Shown: positions 20,664 to 30,203 of the stretch, piece by piece
Numbering within the stretch: the first letter of the stretch is position 1
Layout of the letters: each line of letters opens with the position of its first letter
Assembly: GCA_000997385.1 (NCBI GenBank)
Contig: LCBT01000003.1
Coordinates: forward strand, 192,892 to 256,891
Direction of reading: 5' to 3'
Source: Candidatus Daviesbacteria bacterium GW2011_GWA1_41_61
GTDB taxonomy: Bacteria > Patescibacteriota > Microgenomatia > Daviesbacterales > UBA10151
DNA length: 64,000 nucleotides
The notes under the pieces: generated by a model
The model's input: the letters and a program-made list of their open reading frames with translations, nothing else
Told to the model about the DNA's origin: nothing
Database searches by the model: none
Program-made: the position numbers and the translations under genes

Positions 20664-21125
20664 ATGGAATGTCCGTTTTGCTGTAAACCATCAACACAAA
20701 TTGTTAATACTCGCCCCACTTATGCCAATAGCGCTGTTTGGCGACGCAGGAGATGCTTAAACTGCGGTACCATCTTTACCACCCACGAGGTAGCTGATTT
20801 ATCGCATCTGGTAGTGATTAAAAAATCCGGCAAAAGCGAGATGTTTAGCCATATCAAGCTTTATTCGGGAATTTACCGGGCAGCGGTTGGTTTTAAAGGC
20901 GGCAGCAAAGAAAAATTAGTAGATAAGATCACCCGCGAGATTGAAAAAGAGATTGTCTCTTTAAAAACTAAAAAGATTACCTCAGAGCAGATCGGAGAGA
21001 TAGTTTTAAATAAGCTTCGGGTTGCTCAAAGCGGGACATTTTTACGTTTTCTGGCCTATTATAAGGATATTACCAATGAAGCTCAGTTGAAACGGGAGCT
21101 GACTAAATATTTACCGTTTACTTGA
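20664..21125 (+). CDS. nrdR: Transcriptional repressor NrdR
   Basis: MECPFCC...VNTRP...RRRRCLNCGTIFTT zinc ribbon followed by an ATP-cone. Confidence 0.85.
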   Translation: MECPFCCKPSTQIVNTRPTYANSAVWRRRRCLNCGTIFTTHEVADLSHLVVIKKSGKSEMFSHIKLYSGIYRAAVGFKGGSKEKLVDKITREIEKEIVSLKTKKITSEQIGEIVLNKLRVAQSGTFLRFLAYYKDITNEAQLKRELTKYLPFT

Positions 21126-21462
21126 CTTCAGAAACGATCTTTTTGAAAGTAGGAAGATCCTTGACTGCTATTTCAGCCAGGATTTTTCTATCTAAAGTAA
21201 TATTTTTAGTATTTAAATCAGAGATAAATTTAGAATAGGAAACTCCTTCTTGTTTTAAAGCTATCCCCATCTGGGTGATCCACAGCTTTCTCATATCTCT
21301 TCTTCTTTGTTTTCTGCCGGCAAAAGCATATTGCCCGGCATGAAGGGATGACTCTTTAGCCTGTCTGATTAACTTACTCCGATGACCCTGGTAACCTTTG
21401 GTCAGGTTTAAAAGTTTTTTATGTTTTTTATGCGAGGTAACTCCCCGTTTTACTCGTGCCAT
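21118..21462 (-). CDS. rplT: 50S ribosomal protein L20
   Basis: MARVKRGVTSHKKHKKLLNLTKGYQG... canonical L20. Confidence 0.95.
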   Translation of the reverse strand: MARVKRGVTSHKKHKKLLNLTKGYQGHRSKLIRQAKESSLHAGQYAFAGRKQRRRDMRKLWITQMGIALKQEGVSYSKFISDLNTKNITLDRKILAEIAVKDLPTFKKIVSEVK

Positions 21463-21468
21463 GATTTT

Positions 21469-21672
21469 TTACAGACCCAACATTCTTTTAATGCTTTTGG
21501 TAATACTTTTATTGATTATTATGGGAACAGCATGACGCCTTAAGGCGCTTTTACTTTTTTTGCGCCTTAAATGTCCTGATCTTAGCTGGTGGGATCTTAA
21601 GATCTTACCGCTGCCGCTGATCTTGACCTTCTTAGACAGTATTTTTTTAGTTTTCATCTTTGTTTTGCTCAT
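21469..21672 (-). CDS. rpmI: 50S ribosomal protein L35 (start at MSKTKMKTKK)
   Basis: Lys/Arg-rich 67-aa protein KISGSGKILRSHQLRSGHLRRKKS, located between infC and rplT. Confidence 0.85.
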   Translation of the reverse strand: MSKTKMKTKKILSKKVKISGSGKILRSHQLRSGHLRRKKSKSALRRHAVPIIINKSITKSIKRMLGL

Positions 21673-21679
21673 AAAACAC

Positions 21680-22192
21680 TCACTTTTTGTTAGGTCCAAC
21701 TATCGTTGTTAGATTCCTGCCTTCAAATTTAGTTTCTCTTTCCACCAAAATTTTTTCACCCAGCAAATCCAAAGCCTGATTGACCACATTATAACCTGCC
21801 TCAGGATGACCCATCTCCCTGCCCCTGAACTTAACAGTTAACTTTACCCTGTCTCCTCTGTCAATGAACTCTTCAGCTTTTTTCAATCTCACTTTCAAGT
21901 CATGCTGAGCAATTCTTGGTGACAGCCAGATCTCTTTCAGTTCTACATCCCTGGCATGCTTTCTGGCTGCTTGTTCCTTCTTCTCCTCCTGATACCTGAA
22001 TTTTTCAAAATCAGTAATTTTAGCTACAGGGGGTTGAATGTTAGGCGCTACTTCTACCAGATCCAGGTTCTGCTGCTTAGCCTTCTCCAGAGCTTGTTCG
22101 CGACTGATAATACCAATTTGAGTTCCGTCAGCATCAATAACCCGAAGCTCTAAAGCTTGAATTCTGTCGTTAATGCGAAAATATCTGCCTAT
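21680..22192 (-). CDS. infC: Translation initiation factor IF-3. N-terminal part lacks an ATG/GTG/TTG start and probably uses ATA/ATT
   Basis: The C-domain ORF (VKFRGREMGHPE) extends upstream without stops through INDRIQALELRVIDADGTQIGIISREQALEKAKQQNLDLVEVAP, the IF-3 N-domain. The first sense codon after the upstream stop is followed by ATA at 22190-22192. Confidence 0.8.
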   Translation of the reverse strand: MGRYFRINDRIQALELRVIDADGTQIGIISREQALEKAKQQNLDLVEVAPNIQPPVAKITDFEKFRYQEEKKEQAARKHARDVELKEIWLSPRIAQHDLKVRLKKAEEFIDRGDRVKLTVKFRGREMGHPEAGYNVVNQALDLLGEKILVERETKFEGRNLTTIVGPNKK

Positions 22193-22229
22193 ACTTTTCT
22201 ACCTCCGTAGCTAGCCAATCTTAACATAG

Positions 22230-23984
22230 TTATGATTTAGATTCAATCTCCCCTTTAATTTTATTGATAAACTCCTCTGCTTTAATAGCTCCCAGATCTT
22301 GACCTTCTCTGGTTCTAACTGCCACAGTGCCTGACTGCTCTTCCCTGCCGCCAATGATCAACATATAAGGGATTTTTTGCAGCTGGGCATCTCTGATTTT
22401 AGCCTGCATCGTTTCTGTTCTTTTATCAAGCTCTATCCTGATGTTTGAGTCCTTAAGTTGTTCGAGTATTTTTTGTCCATACCCTAAGTTTTTATCAGAA
22501 ATGGGTATAATTTGTACCTGAACAGGAGCCAGCCACACCGGAAAAGCTCCGCCATATTTTTCTATTAAGAAAGCCATAATTCGTTCAAAAGCCCCAATTG
22601 ACGAGCGGTGAATAACTATAACCTCTTTTTCTCTACCTTCCTGGTCAATATATTTAAGACCAAAACGCTTCGGCATTACGAAATCGTATTGAATAGTAAA
22701 GGCAGTCTCCTCTTTACCATTTGCCCATTTAGCTTGGACATCTATCTTTGGTCCGTAAAAGGCAGCTTCTCCTTTGGCTTCAAGAAATGGTTCTTTATTT
22801 TCTGTTAAAATTTCTCTTAAGACATGCTCTGCTTTGTCCCAGGCAGAATCGTCCTTATAATATTTTTTTTCATCTTCCCTATCCCCCAAAGATAGACGGT
22901 AACGGTAATCAACTCCTTTGGTTAAACCCAGAGCTTTATTAACATCATAAATAATATCCAAGACATCGTTAATTACCTGTTTAGTTTGTTCTGGAGTACA
23001 AAAAATATGAGCATCTGATAAAGTAAACATCCGCACTCTTGTTAGACCAGTTAGCTCACCGCTTTTTTCGTACCTGTATTGGGGAGAAAGTTCGGCAAAC
23101 TTTAAGGGCAGCTCTTTATAACTATGGGGGCGAGATTTATATAGCATAAAATGATGAGGACAAGTCATAGGACGAAGGATCAGTTCCTCTTCATCAATTT
23201 TCATAGGAGGATACATGGTGTCTTTATAGTAAGGATAGTGTCCGGAGACTCGGTATAAATCTACTTTAGCCAGAGGAGGGGTTACTACATGAAGGTATCC
23301 TCTTTTAAGTTCTTCGTCGACAATAAAGCGCTCTAATTCACGACGGATGGTTGTGCCCTTGGGAGTAAGAAGCGGAAGTCCTTTGCCAACAAGGTCGGAG
23401 AAAACAAATAGGTCCAAATCTCTACCTATTTTCCGATGGTCTCTTTTTTTGGCTTCTTCCAACATCTTGAGATATTCATCAAGCTCTTCTTGGGTGGGAA
23501 AAGCTGTTCCATAGATTCTAGTGAGCATCTTGTTTTTCTCATCCCCTCTCCAGTAAGCTCCGGCTACTGAAAGCAATTTAAAAGCTTTGATCTCCTCTTT
23601 AGGATTTTGAGCATGACCGCCGCGGCATAAATCCTCAAATTGACCAGCAGTGTAGATGCTGATTGGTTGGTTTTCCTTTTCTAAATCTTCAATCAGCTCA
23701 ATCTTGTAAGGATTATCTTTAAATAGGTTTTTAGCCTCTTGAGCAGAAACCTCTCTGCCTGCTACCTTATTCCAACCCTTTAAGATTTCCTCCATTTTTT
23801 TTTCAATCTTAGGTAGATCTTCTTCAGAGATAGGTTGAGGCAGGTCAAAATCATAATAAAAGCCATTTTCAATAACTGGACCAATAGTGGGTTTGGCTTG
23901 AGGATACAGATCTACTACAGTAGCTGCCAAAAGATGAGCTGCAGTATGCTTTAGATTTTCCAGATATTTTTGATCTTGCGCCAT
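22230..23984 (-). CDS. thrS: Threonine--tRNA ligase lacking the N-terminal TGS domain
   Basis: HLLAATVVDLYPQAKPTIGPVIENGFYYDFD (N2 domain), class II core and anticodon-binding domain. Precedes infC-rpmI-rplT. Confidence 0.9.
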   Translation of the reverse strand: MAQDQKYLENLKHTAAHLLAATVVDLYPQAKPTIGPVIENGFYYDFDLPQPISEEDLPKIEKKMEEILKGWNKVAGREVSAQEAKNLFKDNPYKIELIEDLEKENQPISIYTAGQFEDLCRGGHAQNPKEEIKAFKLLSVAGAYWRGDEKNKMLTRIYGTAFPTQEELDEYLKMLEEAKKRDHRKIGRDLDLFVFSDLVGKGLPLLTPKGTTIRRELERFIVDEELKRGYLHVVTPPLAKVDLYRVSGHYPYYKDTMYPPMKIDEEELILRPMTCPHHFMLYKSRPHSYKELPLKFAELSPQYRYEKSGELTGLTRVRMFTLSDAHIFCTPEQTKQVINDVLDIIYDVNKALGLTKGVDYRYRLSLGDREDEKKYYKDDSAWDKAEHVLREILTENKEPFLEAKGEAAFYGPKIDVQAKWANGKEETAFTIQYDFVMPKRFGLKYIDQEGREKEVIVIHRSSIGAFERIMAFLIEKYGGAFPVWLAPVQVQIIPISDKNLGYGQKILEQLKDSNIRIELDKRTETMQAKIRDAQLQKIPYMLIIGGREEQSGTVAVRTREGQDLGAIKAEEFINKIKGEIESKS

Positions 23985-24015
23985 GGGTTAAATTTAGGCA
24001 TTTGGGCAGTATTTG

Positions 24016-24243
24016 TCAAATAGCAAATGGGCCAAGGAATTGACTGAAAAAATTACCAATTGCAGAGAAGATTCCTAAGGCATTGAGAATGTATCCAATA
24101 ACGGTAACTACTACACCGGCTCCAACTACTGATCCAAAACCCCAAAATAGTCCTCCTAAGAAATTATTAACAATTATTTCTTTTTTACTAAGTGTCATAT
24201 TGGCTTTTAAGTGTTGCTTTATTTGAGGAGTAACTTGATCCAT
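24016..24243 (-). CDS. Small membrane protein (75 aa)
   Basis: Two TM helices with a Gly-rich GFGSVVGAGVVV segment. Confidence 0.45.
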   Translation of the reverse strand: MDQVTPQIKQHLKANMTLSKKEIIVNNFLGGLFWGFGSVVGAGVVVTVIGYILNALGIFSAIGNFFSQFLGPFAI

Positions 24244-24306
24244 CTGTTTATACCATACCCAGTCTTGAGGTGGGAGTCAATAGATGGTATCATTTACATA
24301 TAATTT

Positions 24307-24379
24307 GGGCACTTAGCTCAGTGGTAGAGCGCTTACTTGACGTGTAAGATGTCGGGGGTTCAAGTCCCTCAGTGCCCAC
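24307..24379 (+). tRNA. tRNA-Val (anticodon GAC)
   Basis: Acceptor GGGCACT/AGTGCCC, anticodon stem CTTAC/GTAAG, loop TTGACGT. Confidence 0.85.
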
Positions 24380-24383
24380 TACT

Positions 24384-25250
24384 TTACCCTACTCCTGCTC
24401 CACCGGTGTTAGAAAGTCTTCCCCCCTCAGCAGCCTTGTCTAACCTAATATCAGAACCCTTACCAGCAGCTCTTTTACCAGCAATATAAACTGGTTTTTG
24501 GTTTTTTTGAGCTTTAACATTATCCCAAGCTTTTTTGACAGCAATAAAGGATCTGGTATAAACATTTTTGACCTTTTCATATCCCGACTGGAGTCCTGCA
24601 GCTTTGGCCAGCTGTTCAGTACTGCCTATAATGCCCGATCTGGCCTCTTCCTTAGCTTCAATAATTTGAGACTCTCTGGCTTGGGCTGCCTGAAGTTCCT
24701 GGTTCCAAGATTGAGCTCTTAAATTAAATTGTTCCGGCTTTAATTTTTCTGAACCTTTCTTATTTTCACCAGGCTTTTCTTTGCCTTTACCTTGGCCTTT
24801 TTCCCTGCCGGTAACCATATTAAACAGATCAGCAAAAGCTCCACCGCTTTCTAAAACCATACCTTCGGTAAAGGCTAGAACATTTTCAGTAGCCTTGATG
24901 GTATATTCAGAGGTAGAATTCAGTATCTGGTTTAGGGATTCTTGACTGCTTTGAGGTATCCCTGCCTTGGTTTTCTCTACAGATTCTATCTGGATTTCAC
25001 TTTTGGGAAAGATCATCTCCCCGGTGGCAGAAAATTTGGATTCTACAAAAACAGGAGGGATTTCAGTTTGTGGTTCTTCTTTTTTATCTTCCTCCAGGAC
25101 CCTTTGTAGCCGGACAAAAAAATCATCAGGGTTTCTTTGGATGTAATCTTGGACACTCCCCCTTTCCCCTTCTTCCATCCCCCAAAGCTGGGAGTAGTTA
25201 AGCGGTGTCTTAGGTTTATTGTTTGATTGATTAAAGGTCAGGCTAGCCAT
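24384..25250 (-). CDS. Hypothetical protein (288 aa), Lys/Gly-rich C-terminal half
   Basis: ORF only. Confidence 0.5.
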   Translation of the reverse strand: MASLTFNQSNNKPKTPLNYSQLWGMEEGERGSVQDYIQRNPDDFFVRLQRVLEEDKKEEPQTEIPPVFVESKFSATGEMIFPKSEIQIESVEKTKAGIPQSSQESLNQILNSTSEYTIKATENVLAFTEGMVLESGGAFADLFNMVTGREKGQGKGKEKPGENKKGSEKLKPEQFNLRAQSWNQELQAAQARESQIIEAKEEARSGIIGSTEQLAKAAGLQSGYEKVKNVYTRSFIAVKKAWDNVKAQKNQKPVYIAGKRAAGKGSDIRLDKAAEGGRLSNTGGAGVG

Positions 25251-25328
25251 ATTTCAGCCTCTAGTATATCACTTTTAGGGTTGTTTTTCAGTTAGAATTG
25301 TGTAAGAAGAAAAGGCCTAGAGGATTTA

Positions 25329-25352
25329 GTGCCGAGGACAGGAGTTGAACCT
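25329..25352 (-). repeat. 24-nt copy (23/24 identical) of the 3' end of tRNA-Leu(TAG), a candidate att-site remnant
   Basis: gtgccgaggacaggagttgaacc here versus gtgccggggacaggagttgaacc at 28622-28645. Same orientation. Similarity ends exactly at the tRNA boundary. Confidence 0.5.
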
Positions 25353-25409
25353 TTTACTCTCGACAAGCTAAATTATACAACTTTCTTCTATGCTCTTGAA
25401 GAAACAGAA

Positions 25410-25616
25410 CTATTGGCTTTCCAGCTTAAACAACTTAATGATTATCTTAAGATGAAACAGCTTTGGATTATCTAAGATATCCTTTGCCCTTAAATATGCA
25501 GCATAATTTAGCGCAGAATTTTCCTTTAATGGCTGTAAATTTACTTTTTTGCGGTCTATATTAGTTCGATCAATAATATCTATTACAAAATCCCTGTTTA
25601 CTTCATTGGGGGACAT
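25410..25616 (-). CDS. Hypothetical small protein (68 aa)
   Basis: ORF only. Confidence 0.3.
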   Translation of the reverse strand: MSPNEVNRDFVIDIIDRTNIDRKKVNLQPLKENSALNYAAYLRAKDILDNPKLFHLKIIIKLFKLESQ

Positions 25617-25779
25617 TAAATACTAGAGGAGTAGCTATTGCTTTTAGGACTAAAACTGGGTTTGTTTTGTAAATTAAACCAATGGATACAATGTCCTGGC
25701 GCAGAACCGATATACAGTATTTACAAATTGAAGTTAAATCGAGAGTTCTAATTTGCTATAGTCAGCTAATAGAGATATA

Positions 25780-27192
25780 ATGTCAAAAATTATGGGTCTA
25801 TGTGATCTAGAGATGGATCGAAGGAAATTTTTATATACCTTAGGCGTATTAGGCCTAAGCACTGTAATTGGATCTTGCACATCACAGCCTGATAAACTTC
25901 CAGAAGGTACCGCTCCTACACTTCAGCCAAGATTAACCCCTACACCTGGTACAGCATTAATCTCTACACCTGAAACAATACCAATCGTTGAACGAGAGAA
26001 AGGTCCGGCTGGTAAACTTCTAGTATTCACCAATCCGGAGACACACTACGGGCATGAATACTTAGAACAGAATTTGGAAAAGGTTGAAGAAGCCGCAGTA
26101 GTACTGACTAATTCGGATGGTAGTGAACCAAGACGTATTACTAACTCAAACCTAATTTCTCTACCAGCCTGGTCTCCATCAGGTGACAAGTTTGCCCTTC
26201 AGCGGTATGTCAGAGGACCTCAATTCGACTCGAGTGATTTATGGATTCTTGATAAGTTAGGTAATCGTTTGCAACGAACAGGTTTAGTTCCAAGTCCGGC
26301 AAAGTTGTCTTGGTCACCAGATGGAAAGCTTATTATCTTTAGTTCCCGTTTCTATAATTCCCGTTTACAACGGGTTTTCGGTTGGCCACCAGAGCAAAGA
26401 ACATCTTGGGTGGATGGTATTTACTTATACGATCTCCAAAAAGATTTAACAACCCGGATTATTCCGAGCGACGCCGGATTCGACCATGACCCAGCCATCT
26501 CCCCAGACGGATCGAAGATTGTTTTTATCAACCATAAATACGGCGGGCAATTCAGTATTCTCTTGGCTCCGCTCCAACCGCTTACTCTAGACGAGAAATA
26601 TCCGCTTTCTTCTAAGGGCAAGACTCACGAACTAGCTAACGGGCTTGATTCCCTTCTTAATGCAAGCATTAGATTTCAGTGGACCCCTGATGGTAAAAAA
26701 ATTGTTTATATGTTGGAACAAGGTTCTCTAAAGGGTTCTAAAAACAAAGTTTATGTTGCCAATGTAACGAAATTGCCATCTCCTAAACCGCTAGAAATAA
26801 CAATAGATTGTCCTTCATATGTTAAAAACGACCCTTTCCCTGCCTCGGGTAAGCCTGGATCAACTCCAATTACAGAAAACTTTCATATTCTTGACAGTAT
26901 GGATCTATCAACAGATGGTAAAAAAATCGTGGTTAGTTGCCCTGGTTCATTGTTTTTTACTGATATTGACGGTAAAGAGAGAAAAACAATAAAATTGCCA
27001 AAGGCTTTATCAGGACCCCTGGACAATATCAGATGGTTGTCGGGAAATAACAGACTTGCCTTTGTTCATGAAGATCAATATTATTATATTAATGCGGACG
27101 GTTCAGGATTAATGCAAGTAGCATTTGATTTCATGAAACGCACCACCGAGAAACCGATTCCTTTGGGAGTTCTGATTTCTACTGGAAGATAA
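25780..27192 (+). CDS. TolB-like PD40 beta-propeller lipoprotein with a Tat-like signal (alternative start at 25813, MDRRKFLYTLG...VIGSC)
   Basis: Repeated WSPSGDK, SWSPDGKLIIFSS, AISPDGSKIVFIN, QWTPDGKKIVYM, STDGKKIVVS PD40 blades. Lipobox-like IGSC. Confidence 0.7.
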   Translation: MSKIMGLCDLEMDRRKFLYTLGVLGLSTVIGSCTSQPDKLPEGTAPTLQPRLTPTPGTALISTPETIPIVEREKGPAGKLLVFTNPETHYGHEYLEQNLEKVEEAAVVLTNSDGSEPRRITNSNLISLPAWSPSGDKFALQRYVRGPQFDSSDLWILDKLGNRLQRTGLVPSPAKLSWSPDGKLIIFSSRFYNSRLQRVFGWPPEQRTSWVDGIYLYDLQKDLTTRIIPSDAGFDHDPAISPDGSKIVFINHKYGGQFSILLAPLQPLTLDEKYPLSSKGKTHELANGLDSLLNASIRFQWTPDGKKIVYMLEQGSLKGSKNKVYVANVTKLPSPKPLEITIDCPSYVKNDPFPASGKPGSTPITENFHILDSMDLSTDGKKIVVSCPGSLFFTDIDGKERKTIKLPKALSGPLDNIRWLSGNNRLAFVHEDQYYYINADGSGLMQVAFDFMKRTTEKPIPLGVLISTGR

Positions 27193-27324
27193 CATAGATC
27201 ATTAAGGCAAGTAGCTCTACATAATTATAATTTTTTCAGCGACAAAGAGGATCCACTAGCGAACGATATTCGGATTTATGCAAATATTACTATAACCAAC
27301 AGTACAAACCCTTGTGGGATAAAA

Positions 27325-28065
27325 CTATTTGTCTCGTGCTGGCCAAAGAAAGTAATACTCTTCTACCTTTTTACCAACTAAGTTTGCTTCACCAACCTTT
27401 ACCATATTTGCATTGAATTGACTGGTACAACGGAAGATTGGGCTACCATCAGTTCCATAGTGAACTTCTTCAATTTTAATACCTGAAAATTTTTTATTTC
27501 CATCCACTAAACCCTCGATAACATTCGCTTCAGCAAAAATCTTTTCTGCTCCTGGCTTTAAAGTCCTAGCTTCTTGAGGAAAATCCCCGTAACCACCAAT
27601 AAGAAAGACGTTCATAAAACCCAATGTTCTATATTCTTGAGCTAAAGGCCAAAGAAGATGCGGGTTCTGATATTCCCTATAAAAAGTTAGGACTTCACCA
27701 TAGGCAGATCCAAAAACTTCAGGCGGAGTGTTATAAAAAGGTTTCTTGTTGGGGTCTTTTAAATAAATAGACCTCCCCGCCTCAAGATTACTTTTACCAA
27801 CATAGTTTTTACTCTCCAATTGCTTGTAGATTTGACCAAAAGCTTGCTCTCTAAAACCACGCTCACTCCAAAGTGGTTTTATTTTTAAAGGATCACCTCC
27901 TTCGGGTTTTTTATCTACAGTTGGAATTATTGGAGAACTTAGCTTTGTTGCTTTTACACTTCCCTCGGATTTATCTGCAGCACTACATGTGGGAGCAACT
28001 AAAATAGCAATTCCTCCAATAGCCAACTGGAGTAAATTCCTTCTAGTTATAAGTCTTTCAGACAT
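27325..28065 (-). CDS. Tat-signal secreted hypothetical protein
   Basis: N-terminus MSERLITRRNLLQLAIGGIAILVAP is a twin-arginine signal. Confidence 0.55.
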   Translation of the reverse strand: MSERLITRRNLLQLAIGGIAILVAPTCSAADKSEGSVKATKLSSPIIPTVDKKPEGGDPLKIKPLWSERGFREQAFGQIYKQLESKNYVGKSNLEAGRSIYLKDPNKKPFYNTPPEVFGSAYGEVLTFYREYQNPHLLWPLAQEYRTLGFMNVFLIGGYGDFPQEARTLKPGAEKIFAEANVIEGLVDGNKKFSGIKIEEVHYGTDGSPIFRCTSQFNANMVKVGEANLVGKKVEEYYFLWPARDK

Positions 28066-28396
28066 AATAAGTTAGCAGTGTCCCTATATTAGCATAATAG
28101 TAAGCAAGACGCGTTAATAGAGATTTACCAACCAGAGGTTGATATGCCTATTGGTAAATAGAGTTTGGGTCGGAGACGGCAGTCGCTACCGCATATCGGC
28201 TACGGGATCAAAAGTCGCTCGCTTTTACCGTCGCCTACAGCGACCGTAAAACAATTCTTATAAATAAGGATTGTTCGTTCGCCAAAAGACTGTCTCGCAG
28301 AACTCGACAGACTTTTGTTTTGACCCCTCCGCTTAACAACCCATTCTTAGTCAAACCCCTTAATCAATTACCAGATGAATAAAGGGGGTGAAATAT

Positions 28397-28540
28397 ATGC
28401 AACTGCTTACAAAAGAAATAACAACAAAATTACCATTTTTGTATACACAAGAAGACGAAGCAGATCTTACTAGATCAAAAATTACAGTTTCAGCTTCATT
28501 TCCTGTTTTTGCGATACAAAAAGGGTATAAAAACCACTAA
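28397..28540 (+). CDS. Small ORF (47 aa) with a strong Shine-Dalgarno
   Basis: aaagggggtgaaatatATG. MQLLTKEITTKLPFLYTQEDEADLTRSKITVSASFPVFAIQKGYKNH. No homology recognisable. Confidence 0.3.
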   Translation: MQLLTKEITTKLPFLYTQEDEADLTRSKITVSASFPVFAIQKGYKNH

Positions 28541-28619
28541 TGATGAAATGAGTTCGCTCGAACCTGAAAGTAGCTTGATAGAACAAGCTAATCTAAAAAA
28601 TAATCTAAAAAGTTCTCTA

Positions 28620-28704
28620 TGGTGCCGGGGACAGGAGTTGAACCTGCAAGCCTTGCGGCAATAGGTCCTAAACCTATCGCGTCTGCCAGTTTCGCCACCC
28701 CGGC
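28620..28704 (-). tRNA. tRNA-Leu (anticodon TAG), CCA encoded
   Basis: Acceptor GCCGGGG/CCCCGGC, anticodon stem ATAGG/CCTAT with loop TTTAGGA, long variable arm. Confidence 0.85.
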
Positions 28705-28733
28705 GTAAGTGTATTTTATCAGATATCAGAGGA

Positions 28734-29452
28734 TTAACCAAACCTGGAAATGGCTGTCTGGTAAGCTTTAATTTCCAGATCATCATCTAGAGGGCTTAGT
28801 TTAATCTTCTTACCATATTTGATATCTAAAACTTTTTGGATAAACCAGTCAGTAAATTGAGGATTCTTTGGCAGTAATGAACCATGCATGTAGCAGCCAA
28901 CAGCATTTTTGTAGATACAGCCTTCTGTATGGTCTTCCCCATTATTACCAAAACCCTTAATAACCTTACCAAGAGGTTGCCCACCCTCTTTTAAGTAAGT
29001 TTTACCCGAATGGTTCTCAAAACCCACGATTAGTTGATCAGTTAACTTGACTATAATGTTGCCTATCATCCGATCATAACTGGCTACAGTATAAACAGGA
29101 AAAAGGTTAACCCCTGGTAACTTTGGTCCATCATGGGGTTTGTAATATTCTCCTAAAAGCTGATAACCTCCACAAATAGATAACAGCGGTACTCCCCTCT
29201 CTATTTCCTCTTTGATTATTTTCCCCTTTCCGCTTTCCTCTAAATCTTTAGCTACTAACGCTTGGGCTTGATCTTGTCCTCCACCAAAAAAGAATAGATC
29301 AACCTCTCCAGCTTTAAGTTTATCCTTTAAGGAGATATTTTTAACTTCAACTCCAATCCCCCTCCACTGAGCCCTTTTTTGTAAGGCAATAATATTGCCC
29401 CTATCTCCATAGATATTCATACAGTCTCCATAGAGATAGCCAATAGTCAGTT
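28734..29452 (-). CDS. gatD: Lipid II isoglutaminyl synthase glutaminase subunit GatD (CobB/CobQ-like GATase)
   Basis: MKLTIGYLYGDCMNIYGDRGNIIAL..., the catalytic SICGGYQLLGEYY Cys, and the HGS motif. The longer ORF start would overlap the tRNA. Confidence 0.75.
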
Positions 29453-29475
29453 TCATAGGGAAATTGTAGCACTTT

Positions 29476-29946
29476 TCACTTCCAAGCATGGATATACGTG
29501 GCAACAATAGCCGGTAAAGTAGAAAGTGGGTGCATTGAGAGGTGGAAGAGTAAGCTGTTCCCTCCTTCGCCCCGGGGGTCTTCTTTAACCAACCATTCAA
29601 CCTCCTTTTTAGACAATAATCCGGGTATTCCTTCATATAACTTGCTCCAAAAAGTTATACCGTCTTCTAATGGTCGGGTAGCGCAATTACGATTTTGACC
29701 AACTTTATCAAGCCACATATTATCTTTCCACCATTCTTCTGGCATTTTTACCTGAGCAATATGTTCAACATAAAGCCTGGTACAAGTTTCCTGTTCCTCT
29801 TTTTCCATAAGAAAAGATGCTTTGATAAATTTTTCATATAAAGATTGGGTTTGAGGATCTTCAAAGATGGGTGGTTGGCTAACATTATTTATTAGTTTTT
29901 GAAGATATTCTTGTTCAATTTTTCCTAATTCTGATTCCAATTTCAT
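29476..29946 (-). CDS. Hypothetical protein (156 aa) between murT and gatD
   Basis: ORF only. Trp-rich. Confidence 0.45.
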   Translation of the reverse strand: MKLESELGKIEQEYLQKLINNVSQPPIFEDPQTQSLYEKFIKASFLMEKEEQETCTRLYVEHIAQVKMPEEWWKDNMWLDKVGQNRNCATRPLEDGITFWSKLYEGIPGLLSKKEVEWLVKEDPRGEGGNSLLFHLSMHPLSTLPAIVATYIHAWK

Positions 29947-30203
29947 AAATCATCTGGAGTTTTATCTGGTTCTAGTTGGCATTCTTCAGGGGTCAGAAAG
30001 TAAAGCTTAATAGCGTGCCATCCCCGCACTGTTCCATACCGAGTTGACCAGGCAGGGACTTCGGTCACTTGACGGGAAGCATAGATCATTTTAAACGGAA
30101 CTCCTCTCCTTTCCAAGGCTCTTCTTAATGCCCGAGACTCAGGAGAATTATCCAGGGTTAAAGTTATTTTCGGTTCTCTCCTAGACTCACCTTCTGCAGT
30201 CAT
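29943..30203 (-). CDS. Hypothetical protein (86 aa)
   Basis: ORF overlapping the downstream ORF by 4 nt. Confidence 0.4.
   Translation of the reverse strand: MTAEGESRREPKITLTLDNSPESRALRRALERRGVPFKMIYASRQVTEVPAWSTRYGTVRGWHAIKLYFLTPEECQLEPDKTPDDL

Noticed and set aside
21956-22153. 65-aa plus-strand ORF
   Set aside because: Antisense to the unambiguous IF-3 N-domain coding sequence.
25329-25420. Complete tRNA at the 24-nt tRNA-like segment
   Set aside because: Only the 3' acceptor and T-arm half is present. No matching 5' acceptor strand, D-arm or anticodon arm could be folded from flanking sequence. It is treated as a fragment (att remnant).
28496-28786. 96-aa minus-strand ORF, and the N-terminal extension of ORF 28734-29636
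   Set aside because: Both run through the tRNA-Leu(TAG) gene. gatD has a clear internal start (MKLTIGYLYGD) after the tRNA.
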